Shown: piece by piece, positions 24,570 to 35,500 of the stretch | Numbering within the stretch: position 1 is the first letter of the stretch | Layout: every line of letters begins with the position of its first letter | NCBI GenBank assembly: GCA_002269645.1 | Contig: NIVC01000700.1 | Span: forward strand, 186,001-250,000 | DNA length: 64,000 bases | Direction: 5' to 3' | Source of the DNA: Macrostomum lignano | Taxonomy: Eukaryota | Notes under the pieces: generated by a model | Seen by the model: only the letters and a program-made list of their open reading frames with translations | Told to the model about the DNA's origin: nothing | Databases searched by the model: none | Made by a program: the position numbers and the translations under genes

Positions 24570-25075
24570 TAGTTTGGGTCATAGACAGTTTTGATCATAG
24601 AAAGTTTGGGTCATAGACAGTTTGGGTTATCGACAATTTGGGTAATAGACTGTTTGGGTCATTGACAGTTTGGGTCAGAGACAGTTTGGATAATAGACTG
24701 TTTGGGTCATTGACAGTTTGGGTCATAGACAGTTTAGGTAATAGACTGTTTGGGTCAGAGACAATTTGAGTAATAGACAGTTTGGGTCATAGACAGTTTG
24801 GGTAATAGACTGTTTGGGTCAGAGACAGTTTGGGTCATAGACAGTTTGGATAATAGACTGTTTGGGTCAGAGACAATTTGAGTAATAGGCAGTTTGGGTC
24901 ATAGACAGTTTGGGTATTAGACAGTTTGAGTAATAGACTGTTTGGGTCATAGACTGTTTGGGTCATAGGCAATTTTAGTAATAGACAGGTTGGTCATAGA
25001 CAGTTTGGGTCATAAACAGGTTGGTCATAGACAGGTTGGTTCATAAGCAGGTTGGTTCATAGACAGGTTGGATCA
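24570..25075. repeat. 16-bp minisatellite (AGACAGTTTGGGTCAT)
   Basis: Directly visible tandem array. Confidence 0.93.
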
Positions 25076-25914
25076 AAAGCGTTGGAATTATTGACACTTT
25101 GGTTCTAAACAAGAGTTTTTTTCTGCAATCGATTATCAGTTTATCTAAATGCATTAGAATTATCTTGTGTATAATCTTATTTCTCTTTTGGCTTTGCTCT
25201 GTTTTGGCTCTGTAACTGCTAAGACTGCTTACTTTCCAGCAGTGTGTTTTTGGAATTTACAATGCCAATTAATTTCAGTTTTATGATGCTTGCAGTTAGT
25301 TGCGTGTACCGTTTGCCAAGAAAATGTTTCTTATTCAACAAACACTTTTTGTTTCACTCTTATTGAGTTCATTCATGTACTACTTACTACTTACTGCGCT
25401 TGAGTAGCAGTAAAGGAGTTTTATAGTTTGTATTTCTCGTCTGTTCGCATTGAACATCGGAATTTGTCTAAATCATGTCATACAATGCTTATAGCTGATT
25501 TTGGTTAATTATACGTTTCAGAGAGCTTTCGCGCAGACAAAACCATCTTCCAGATTGAGAAAATTTAAGGGTCACCGCAGTTGCCACCCTGCCGGCCTGA
25601 TACCCCCAGGCCGCTGTGATAAGCCAAATCAAGCGAGCCAGTCCGTGGATGCTTCCGTGCCCGACTGTTGTTTACAATTCGAATAACCAATTCGCGCAAA
25701 ACCAGTTTTGCCTTGTTAGCTTCATCTGCTACATCTATGCTTTTATCACTGAAGTTAATCATATAAGCCGAGCAATTGGACAAATCCATTAAAATTAGCA
25801 GCAAGTGTAGCAATGAAGTTGTCCCATGATTTTGCGGGCCGCGCGACCCACGACGGTTTTAGTCTATGGCATTTATTATTAAGTGATATTTCAAGCTTGT
25901 AATATACCTTTTTA

Positions 25915-27249
25915 CGTTCTATTTGATAAAAACTGCAACCAATTTGGCCACGGCTCAGCCTGACCATAGATATAGAATTTTCCATAGACAGCCACCGCTA
26001 GCAGCAACCAATTTGGTAAAAACTGCGAGCTATTTTGCCAGCTTGAAGATAGCAGCTGCTCTGATGGCGAATCGTGGGCTGGGGAGAGCTTGGCAGAATG
26101 ATGGGGATGAAGAAACCGACAGTGAGGAACATCGTGACCACGTATGAACGAACTGGTAGAGTTGGCACTCTGCCAAAAGGAGGAGTGAAGAGGATGGCGC
26201 TGACGGAGGCTATGGTGGACACCATTGTTCAATTCGTCGAAGGTCAACCTACTGCGACGCTGCAACAAATGAGAGAGCACCTGCTGCACCAACACAATGA
26301 CGTTGCCAACGTGAGTCTGACCACTATCAGTCGTGCTCTGGATGGTCGCCTCATCACCCTGAAGTTACTGCGCCAGGTACCTGTGAACTGGAACATGCCT
26401 GTTACAAAGGAGGCGCGAAGGATGCACGTTGAATGGATGCTGGACGAGGGAAGCCAGGTGAACACCATCTTCATGGACGAGTTTGGGGTGAACATCTGGA
26501 CGGCGAGAACTCAAGGCCGCTCAGCGAAGGGGCTCCCAGCTGTGACTGTCGTCAGCGGACAGCGTGGGCAGAATCTCACCATCTGCCTGGCCATCTCGCA
26601 ACTCGGCCTGATTCACAGCACTCTCGTCGAAGGAGGCTTTAAGAACGAGCACTTCATGGAATTCCTCTCTGAGATCGATGTTCTGATGGAAGAGGAGTTT
26701 GTGCTACTGTCCGATGGGGCTCGCGCTCACCTAGGTGTCCCTGGGATGTCTGAAGGTCATGCTCACCGATTCCTGCCTCCATACTCGCCGTTCATCAACC
26801 CGGCGGAGTACGCAGGCTCAGCGCTGAAGGCCAAGCTGAAAACGCAATTGCAATCACCTGCCATTCAGCGCGAGGTGGCAGATACTGGACTGGCTGCTGC
26901 AGCAGGTGCGACACTGCATCAGCACAGGATGCGCATTCTGAAGAGAGAAGTGCAGCAAGCACTGAACTGCATCACGCCTCTCAAGTGCCTGCGCTGGATC
27001 AACCATTCCCAGACGTACTTCAATCGGTGCTTGAATGCTGAGGACATAATGTTCTGACTTCGTGCATGTATTGTTAACATTCTTTATCGTTATTGTTATG
27101 CTATTGAGCTGCTATCTTCAAGCTGGCAAAATAGCTCGCAGTTTTTACCAAATTGGTTGCCGCTAGCGGTGGCTGTCTATGGAAAATTGCTGCGGCTGCG
27201 TCAGGCTGAGCCGTGGCCAAATTGGTTGCAGTTTTTATCAAATAGAACG
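25915..27249 (+). mobile_element. Tc1/mariner-IS630 superfamily DNA transposon, 1335 bp, TIRs at 25915-26057 and 27107-27249, TA target-site duplication
   Basis: 143-bp inverted repeats start CGTTCTATTTGATAAAAACTGC and differ only by an 11-nt block and 1 substitution. TA lies directly outside both ends (25913-14, 27250-51). The internal ORF is a transposase. Confidence 0.93.
26074..27057 (+). CDS. Tc1/IS630-type DDE transposase (open 327-codon frame; true start uncertain)
   Basis: Two HTH-like segments (ELGRMMGMKKPTVRNIV; PTATLQQMREHL...VSLTTISRAL) and catalytic motifs IFMDE, LLSDGARAH and LPPYSPFINPAE. Confidence 0.9.
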   Translation: MGWGELGRMMGMKKPTVRNIVTTYERTGRVGTLPKGGVKRMALTEAMVDTIVQFVEGQPTATLQQMREHLLHQHNDVANVSLTTISRALDGRLITLKLLRQVPVNWNMPVTKEARRMHVEWMLDEGSQVNTIFMDEFGVNIWTARTQGRSAKGLPAVTVVSGQRGQNLTICLAISQLGLIHSTLVEGGFKNEHFMEFLSEIDVLMEEEFVLLSDGARAHLGVPGMSEGHAHRFLPPYSPFINPAEYAGSALKAKLKTQLQSPAIQREVADTGLAAAAGATLHQHRMRILKREVQQALNCITPLKCLRWINHSQTYFNRCLNAEDIMF

Positions 27250-27734
27250 TAAAAAGGAATACTTTCGTAATTTTATTTACATTCGGAGTTGTGATTTTTC
27301 GGGTGTGATGCCCCCCTCCCCACAATGGGTTATTGACCATCTGTAGCAGCATGTCAGAGATGAGCAAAGTTAACGATAATTTCTAATTTAGGAAGGAGAA
27401 CATTTTCTAATATTTAAATACCGAAGTAGTTGCTACTATAGACTAAATCGCGTAAAAAATGACCTTCAAATGTTCAAGCTATTTTGTGCATTTTGATTAC
27501 TTTGGTGGCAAGCAAGTGATCGAAGTTCTCTTTCTGTCATAGACACGAAACATCCTTAGCCATAACCATAAAAAGAATACTTTGGCTTGTTAGGTTGTTA
27601 GGCAGGTTTAATTATACAGCCCAATGAACAAACAGGTAGAGCGTCATATCTGTGTACTCATGTAGACCAAGAGTGTAGTCATATTCCAGTCTAGATAAAA
27701 TATAATTCAGAGAACGAACAAGCCCCGCTCTCTA

Positions 27735-28045
27735 AGCTGATTGGTTTTCGGAAATAGGCGAAGAGGTGGGTGTTCAACGCTGATTGGTTGTCGGAAATGG
27801 GCGAAGGGGTGGGTGTTCAACGCTGATTGGTTGTCGGAAATGGGCGAAGGGGTGGGTGTTCAACGCTGATTGGTTGTCGGAAATGGGCGAAGGGGTGGGT
27901 GTTCAACGCTGATTGGTTGTCGAAAATGGGCGAAGGGGTGGGTGTTCAACGCTGATTGGTTGTCGAAAATGGGCGAAGGGGTGGGTGTTCAACGCTGATT
28001 GGTTGTCGAAAATGGGCGAAGGGGGGTGTTCAACGCTGATTGGTC
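27735..28045. repeat. 43-bp tandem repeat with 8 CCAAT-box motifs (reverse strand AACCAATCAGC)
   Basis: CTGATTGG at 27737, 27780, 27823, 27866, 27909, 27952, 27995 and 28036. Confidence 0.93.
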
Positions 28046-28655
28046 GCGACGCCCACCCCACTTTTGCTTCCAAAAATAGATTGATAAATCATTGACCAAC
28101 AGTAGGACAGCGTGTACAATACGAGCTTGTATTTAACTTTTTTTAGTTCGAAGAAGGCAATGGCAATTCGCCATGCTAACAGCATAACACAACTAGCTTT
28201 TTGTTTTAATTGAAGTGACAACTTTTTAATTTAAAAAACCAAGCATGCGAACGAGAGAGAAAATGAGAGTCAGAGCATGAGATAAGCGGGAGTTGACAAC
28301 AGGTGTAAATATTTATTAACTCCGTGGCGCCTATAGAAGACCAATAGCAACAAACAGTGTACATACAACAGAAACAGGGCATCTATACTTCATGTGTGTC
28401 ACATCCGAAAAAAGGCTAAGCTTGTTCTTTATTTTACAACTGCATGACCAGTTTGCTCTTTGTAAAGCGCCATCTTGCTGCGTGTGCAAACTCTCGTAAT
28501 ACGGTTGACATAATTGCACATTTTTCTAGTTACATAAATTCATTTCCAAGGCAATGCAAAACACCTGTGGGGTACTGCAGTGTATACGCGACCTTGAAAT
28601 TTTCAAATCTACATTAATATCAAGACGCCGTCATGTCTAAGGGTGCAAGGGTGCG

Positions 28656-29539
28656 TTAGATCGAATCGGTTGCATTCTGCCGCCTGCCGGCCGTGATGGT
28701 GCTCTCCAGACTCTGCAAACGCTCCAGGATCTCCATCATCTGCTGCTGGTTGGCGGAGTTTGGCGTTGAAGAGTTGCTTCCAGGTTGCTGCTGCTGCTGC
28801 TGTCGGCTCTCAAACTGGGCAATCAGCTGCACCTTCTCCTGCTCATTGGAGCGCAACCGGGCCTCCGTGGCCTGGAGACGTTGACGGGTCTCTTCTAACT
28901 CGCGCTGCAATTTCTGCAACTCGTTGTCATAGCCTGGAGACGGCTGCTGCTGCAGCTGCTGCTGGCTGCTCCGGTGGTGCTGCTGCGACTGGCCCTGGGT
29001 GGCTCTGTGGTTTTTCAGGGTTTCGGAGTCTTAGTTCTTCATCTGCCCACCTGCCTTCTATCAATTAGTCATAACGTAGCCCAGTGGCGTAGCCCAGTGC
29101 TCTAGCAGCGGCCCAGGTTCGATTCCCAGTGCAGTCTCATTAATTTGGGGCTAAACTGGAGTCTCGGCTTGGCTCTGCATCCTCGTGCAACTAACGCTCT
29201 TGAGGGTCAACCCCCAAGGCACAGTGAAGTGTACATGTCCAACGATAAATAAAGTTAGGGCCGCTGTACACTCCTGTGTGAGTGTGTGCCTGTGCGTGTG
29301 ACTGCGTACGTATCCGCGCGCTTGTGTGCCTGCTCAGGTGCACACAGCCCCTGCCTCTAATAAAAAGTCATTGTATCATTCTATCATTTTATCAATCTCT
29401 CAACCAATTGCTTTTTCGGTCTATCGATCTATTTAACCTATCACCCTATTAATAACATACCGAACGTATCAGCCATTCATTTAACCGATCCATGGATCAA
29501 TGACTCGAGTCTCAAGCCTCACCTTAGTCCCATTCGAAC

Positions 29540-29573
<34 letters not shown>

Positions 29574-32500
29574 AACATCAGCGAATCGTCGCTGCCTCCA
29601 CCAGCGCCTCCGACTCCAAAGTTGTTGAAGTCCAGGCCGGCTCCCGGGCCCAGCGACCGGGTCTTCAGCCGCATCGCCTCGGCGTCTGACGGCGAGGGCC
29701 AGCCAACGAGGGGCCGAATTTTGCTGGCGGCCGCCTGCGACGCCTGCGAGGCGACCTCGCGACGCTGCGGCGCAAACTGATGACGCTGCGACCGGCCCAG
29801 CGAGGACGCCTCTGAACTGGCCATCTCGGAGGAGGAGCTGCCTCGGCCGCCGAGGCGCCGCTCCCTCGGCGGGCTGTCCAGCGGGTCCTCGTCGTCGTCC
29901 TCCTCGCCGCCCTCGTAGTCGTCGTCGGCCAGCCGGCGCTGTCTGTCGTCGTTGTCGACCTCGGAGCTGTCGGAGCTGCGGCGCGACTGGGAGTAGAGAG
30001 GCGGCAGGCAGCCCTTCTGATAGGTGGGGTTGAAGAACTGCACCGGGGAGGCGGCGGCGAAGCTCTGGTAGCCGCTGCTGCCGGTTGTCGAGGCCGCCGC
30101 GCCAGACGCCGCGCAGCCGGCGACGCCGCCGGAGCCGCTGGCCGGCTGACCGGCTGGGACGCTGGTGGCAGTAGCGAAACTGTTGGCCTCTTCTAGCATC
30201 TTCTTCCAGTCCTCCTGGGTGCTGTGCTGCCTCTGCTGCTGCTGGTAGCTTGGCGCGGCTGGATAGTGCTGATAATTCAAGTTTTCTTGATGCCGCCTGG
30301 CCTGCGGTGGCTGCTGCTGCTGCAGCGGCAGCTGCTGATGCGGCTGCGGTGGCGGCGAAGGCTCCGCAACGTTGCTGTACACCCAGTCGTCGTCGTCGTC
30401 TTGTTGGACTGTTGCCGCTGTTAAAGACGAAGATCCTGGAGTTGCTGCAGGTGCAAGGTAGCCACCGTGTCGCAGGCAGTGGGTCAGGGTGGCCAAGTGG
30501 CTGGAAAGAGCTGCCAAACAGGGCTCCTGAAGCTGCTGCTGCTGCTGGTCTGAGCAGGTGGCGCTGAGCAGCAGGTGCAGCTGGGCGAGCTCGCAGCCCA
30601 GATCAATGCCGGGCGGAGCGTCGGGAAGCTGACTGGGCCTCGACGCCGCCTTGAGGAACAGCCGCATCTCGGTGGTGCGCTCCTCCAGGAACCTGTTCAT
30701 GAATTGCATGTAGGCCTCTTTGGCGCCGTACAGGGTACCATTGGCGAGATTCTGGATTGTCTTGGCGATGAGGGTGAGGGAACGCGCGGCCCGCTGGCTC
30801 GGCAGCTCCTGGGTGAGCCCGAATAGGGTCGGGCCGAGGATGGCGGGGCAGAGCAGGCGCAGGAACAGGCTGGCGCTGACCAGGGTGTCGCCGAGCTCGG
30901 GGCGTCGGGACTCAGCGAGGCGCTGGCGGATCAGCGCGAACAGGCGGCCGATCTCGGGCGGTACGGCCGGAGTCGAGGCCTGCACACGAGTCCAGAACAG
31001 GTCGACGAATTCTCGAAGTCGGCGCTGATTGGCTGCTAGGGTGTCCGGGGCGTCCACCTAAAGTGAACGGCGAAAAGTACATGTACTTTTAATCTTTGTT
31101 GCAAAATTGCTATCTGTCCCCCCATTTTCTCTCTGTCCTTCTTCCAAGTCTTATAAAACGTAAATTGGTTAAAATTCTCGATCGCCCCACAAGCCAGTCA
31201 TGCTAGAACTTTTCCATCTCTCGCTTTTTCTCTCTGCCCCTCTTCCAAGTCTTATCCAATGTACATTGGTTATCGATCGCCACTCAAGCCTGCCATGCTA
31301 GAACTTTTTATCTCTTGCTTTTTCTCTCTGCCCCTCTTCTAAGTCTTATACAATGTACATTGGTTATCCATTGAAACTCAATCCAGCCATGGTAGACCTT
31401 TCTTAACTCCCTCTAACTTTCTACACCCTCATATTGATTTTTTTCAGTTCAATTCGACCTAAAATCCAATTTGAATTTAAATAAAACACCGCTGAATTTC
31501 GCTCTGCTTCTCTATTTACAACCCCGAGATTAATTTACAAGCTGATTAGTAAAAGTTTGAATAAGAATGCTAGATTGACGTAGTGATAAATGACGCACCC
31601 GCTGGGGGTCCACCTCGCACTGCGGGTCATCTCTCAGCAGGATGCTGAGCGGCTCGGTCAGCACCCGGCGAAGATAGTCGCTGCCAACCAGCCGGAGGAA
31701 AAACTCCACCGCCTTGGTTGCTATGCTGTTGCCACGGAACACCAGCAAGTCGTTGGCGGAGGCAGAGAGCTCCTGCATCACCAGGCCAGTCAGCAGCTCC
31801 TGGGCGCCACCGTCAGCGTGAGCCACGGAGATCAGGCGTGCCGCCAGCTCCTCTTTGTCGCGAAGGTTCAGCCGCGGCTCCAGGGCGGCCACCAGAGGCT
31901 CAGCCTGCTGCATGAGGCACCGGTGCAGGCCTCTGTAGCACTGCAATGGTAGCACATCTATGCTGATGTAGTGCGAGCGGAGTCTGATGCACGGCTGCTG
32001 GGGTAGCTGCGGCTGTGGCTGCGGCTGCGGCTGCTGCTGCTGAGGCTGCTGAGGCGCCGCCAGCGAGTGCCATTGCTCAATGGCCGAGCCAATGTCGTGC
32101 ACTGGCAGGCGAACCTCACCAATCAGCTGATTCTTGTCCTTCTTTTTCTTTTTGTCCGCCTCGCGGAATAGCTTCACGGTTACTAGGGCGATGTCTTGCA
32201 GGTTGCTGCGTTTGGGATCGGGGAGTTTGTCAGCTACAATGGTCTCTGAATTCTAATTGATAAGATTCGTTCCATTCCCATTCCTCCCATCCCCATTCCT
32301 TCCATCTCCATTCTTCCCATTCCCATTCTTCCCATTCCCATTCTTCCCATTCCCATTCTTCCCATTCCCATTCTTCTCATCTCTATACTTCTCATTCCCA
32401 TTCTTTCCTTTCCATTCTTCCCATTCCCATTCTTCCCATTCCCATTCTTCCCATTCCCATTCTTCTCATCTCTTTACTTCTCATTCCCATTCTTCCCATT

Positions 32501-35500
32501 CCCATTTTCCCATTCCCATTCTTCCCATTCCCATTCTTCTCATCTCTATACTTCTCATTCCCATTCTTTCCTTTCCATTCTTCCCATTCCCATTCCCATT
32601 CTTCTCATGTCTATACTTCTCATTCCCATTCTTTCCTTTCCATTCTTCCCATTCCCATTCTTCCCATTCCCATTCTTCCCATCTCTATACTTCTCATTCC
32701 CATTCTTTCCTGTCCATTTGCATCATCTCAAATCCCAGCTTTTATCAAAATCTCACCTGAACTCGAAAGGTTCGCCCCAGAACGGGTCAGAATCCGCAGT
32801 CTTCTCCTTTGTAGTAGTCCTGGCGTACAGGATATGATCCAGGCAAATTTCGCAGAAGTACCTGAAGTGATTCAATAGTACACAGTACAATCAGATTTTT
32901 TCAGAGCGTTTGATATTAACCTAGAAAGTTAGATAAAATAGGGCTTCAGCTCGCTAACCTCTTCTTTGGCGGCAGTCTTTTAGCCTCGAAGATCCACAGC
33001 TTCAGCGAGTTGTCTCGATGGCGCGTGTTCTCCAGGTCGGGCCTGTTCACCTTCTTCAGGCTGCAGCGAAGGTTGGATGCGAAAGTTACCCTTTATAGTT
33101 CCTGCAGTTGCTTGAAGAGATTTTTAGCATACGTAAACCAGCACTGGAACTCCTAAGGAGATAAAAAATCATTAAAATCATAATAACGCTACAAATGAAG
33201 AGAACTCAGTGGATTGCCGTACATCAGCGACCCTGTCCAGATTCTGTGCCCGCCGCCAGATCCATTTGTTGACGCCATTGCAGTCCAGCCGCGAGTCAGC
33301 TGAGCATTTTTGCGTTTAATGCCGCCGTCTCACTCTCTCTCCCTTATGCGGGCTGACCCAACTGGTCTATCGGATTTAAAGCTCCCCTCAACTGTGGGGC
33401 TGTTGGCAATTTTTGCAACAGCTCTTCTTGTGCGGTCAGGGCTCGGCTCTCGCCCGCGGGACAGCGAACAGCTTTATTACTAATATTAGTACGCTCGTAC
33501 GAGCGTATAATTATAGACAGGCCAGCCAACCATGGCTGTCGGGCAGGCAGACAAGATACTGCACCCCCGCCCCCCCCCCAGCTACCAAAGCACCTATGGC
33601 TGCAGTTTCAGGGCTATTGCGCTCTGCTGTCTGCCTTGGAGAGAAAGAGAGGAGAGGAGAGAGGAGGGAGAAGGGTGGAGAGGCACAAGTTGAAGGCCTG
33701 TGCGCTAAACCCCTTTCCCTCACTCCCTTCTATACTGGTTCTCTCCCACTAACCTCAATCTGGTGCTGCGTACTTCTAAAAACACTGCAGAGGGGGCGAA
33801 TTATTGGCAGGCTAAGGGCTGGCTGATTCCCTAATCCCAACAGCCTGGCGCTGACCTCGCCGGGACAAGATCCTGATCCCACACTCCCTAGAATATTCCC
33901 TGCCTTAGTTCCCACTCTCTCAACTTTCATTCGACTGGCTGAATTGCACCTCTCCTCCCGCTCTGGCCCCACCACTCTCCCTAGCTGCTTCTAATTCAAA
34001 CAATTCAAGAATGCAAATTGCACGTGCCCCGGGCACAGATAGAGTTTGGATCGACAGGGAAAGTGCAAAGCTTTCCAAACCCGTTTTGCTGTTTGGCCCT
34101 TTTCCGAGTTTTAAGCCCTGCTTAGCTTAAAGTAAACACAATAGGTCCGATGCAAGTCTGGGACTGCTTTAACCAGTTGGCACTTGGCAGGTGTCTCTGA
34201 CTTCAACCTCACAGGTTAATAAAGGCTTTTCACGTTCTTAGCATAAAAACAGATGTTTCTCATTGCCTGAACATTCAAACTGCATATGCAAGTGGTCCTG
34301 GGTTCGATTCTTTTCGTTCTTTCACATGTTAGCTTTGTTTAACTTACCGATCGCTGAAACTGGACGGGTGAGGCTGAAGCTGCTGCTGTTGCTGCTGATG
34401 GTGCGGCGATGGACCGATGAGGGACTCGTGAGACTGGGCTGAGCGCAGCATCCCACTGAGGGTGGTTTGAGAGGAATTATGCTCTGGGATGAGATTCAGA
34501 TCTCCTACAGTGAGATTTAGATCTCCTACAGTGAGATTCAGATCTCTTACAGTGAGATTCAGATCTCTTACAGTGAGATTCAGATCTCTTACAGTGAGAT
34601 TCAGATCTCCTACAGTGAGATTCAGATCTCGTACAGTGAGATTCAGATCTCCTTCAGATCTCCTACAGTGAGATTCAGTTCTCGTACAGTGAGATTCAGA
34701 TCTCCTACAGATCTCCTACAGTGAGATTCAGATCTCCTACAGATCTCCTACAGTGAGATTTAGATCTCCTACAGTGAGATTCAGATCTCCTTCAGATCTC
34801 CTACAGTGAGATTCAGATCTCCTACAGTGAGATTCAGATCTCCTACAGTGAGATTCAGATCTCCTTCAGATCTCCTACAGTGAGATTCAGATCTCCTTCA
34901 GATCTCCTACAGTGAGATTCAGATCTCCTTCAGATCTCCTACAGTGAGATTCAGATCTCTTACAGTGAGATTCAGATCTCTTACAGTGAGATTCAGATCT
35001 CCTACAGTGAGATTCAGATCTCTTACAGTGAGATTCAGATCTCTTACAGTGAGATTCAGATCTCTTACAGTGAGATTCAGATCTCCAGTGGGACCCAGAG
35101 CTCTCGTATTGAAAGCAGAAACAAGAAATTTTTTTCGAGAATTCACAGCCATATTTTCATTCACCATTGCGCTCGGCAGAATGGTAGAAGATCTGAGAAC
35201 TGCACAAAATTCATTCCCACATGAGAGCTGAGTCAGATAGCCTCGCTCGAATTCTAATTTTTTTGGCTTTTATTGCAAGTTTTTTCTCTCAGTCAGAAAA
35301 GCGTGGGTGGATGAGGCGCCGCCATGGTCCGAGGAAATAATAAATTACTAGCTCAGCTTCATGCCCTTCTCATGCTTGCAGCTCATTCAAAACGATTGGG
35401 GGGGGCATGCGCGCACGCGGAGAAAAGAGTGCAGTTTGCAAACACCAATTAATGGTTTCTAGTCGCACTTAAACTCTATTTTAGTAGTAGTCTACTATGA

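Noticed and set aside
24375-24570. Short inverted match TGTCTCAA / TTGAGACA as a MITE
   Set aside because: Only 8 bp with no clear target-site duplication; expected by chance.
25915-27249. Bacterial IS630 contamination
   Set aside because: Flanks are continuous with eukaryotic sequence, the TA duplication is intact, and long IR-DR TIRs are typical of eukaryotic Tc1-like elements.
32206-32260. Acceptor at 32246 extending the RasGAP C2/GAP exon
   Set aside because: Phase-incompatible with the upstream exon. The acceptor at 32206 restores the family-like FEF-SNLQ sequence.
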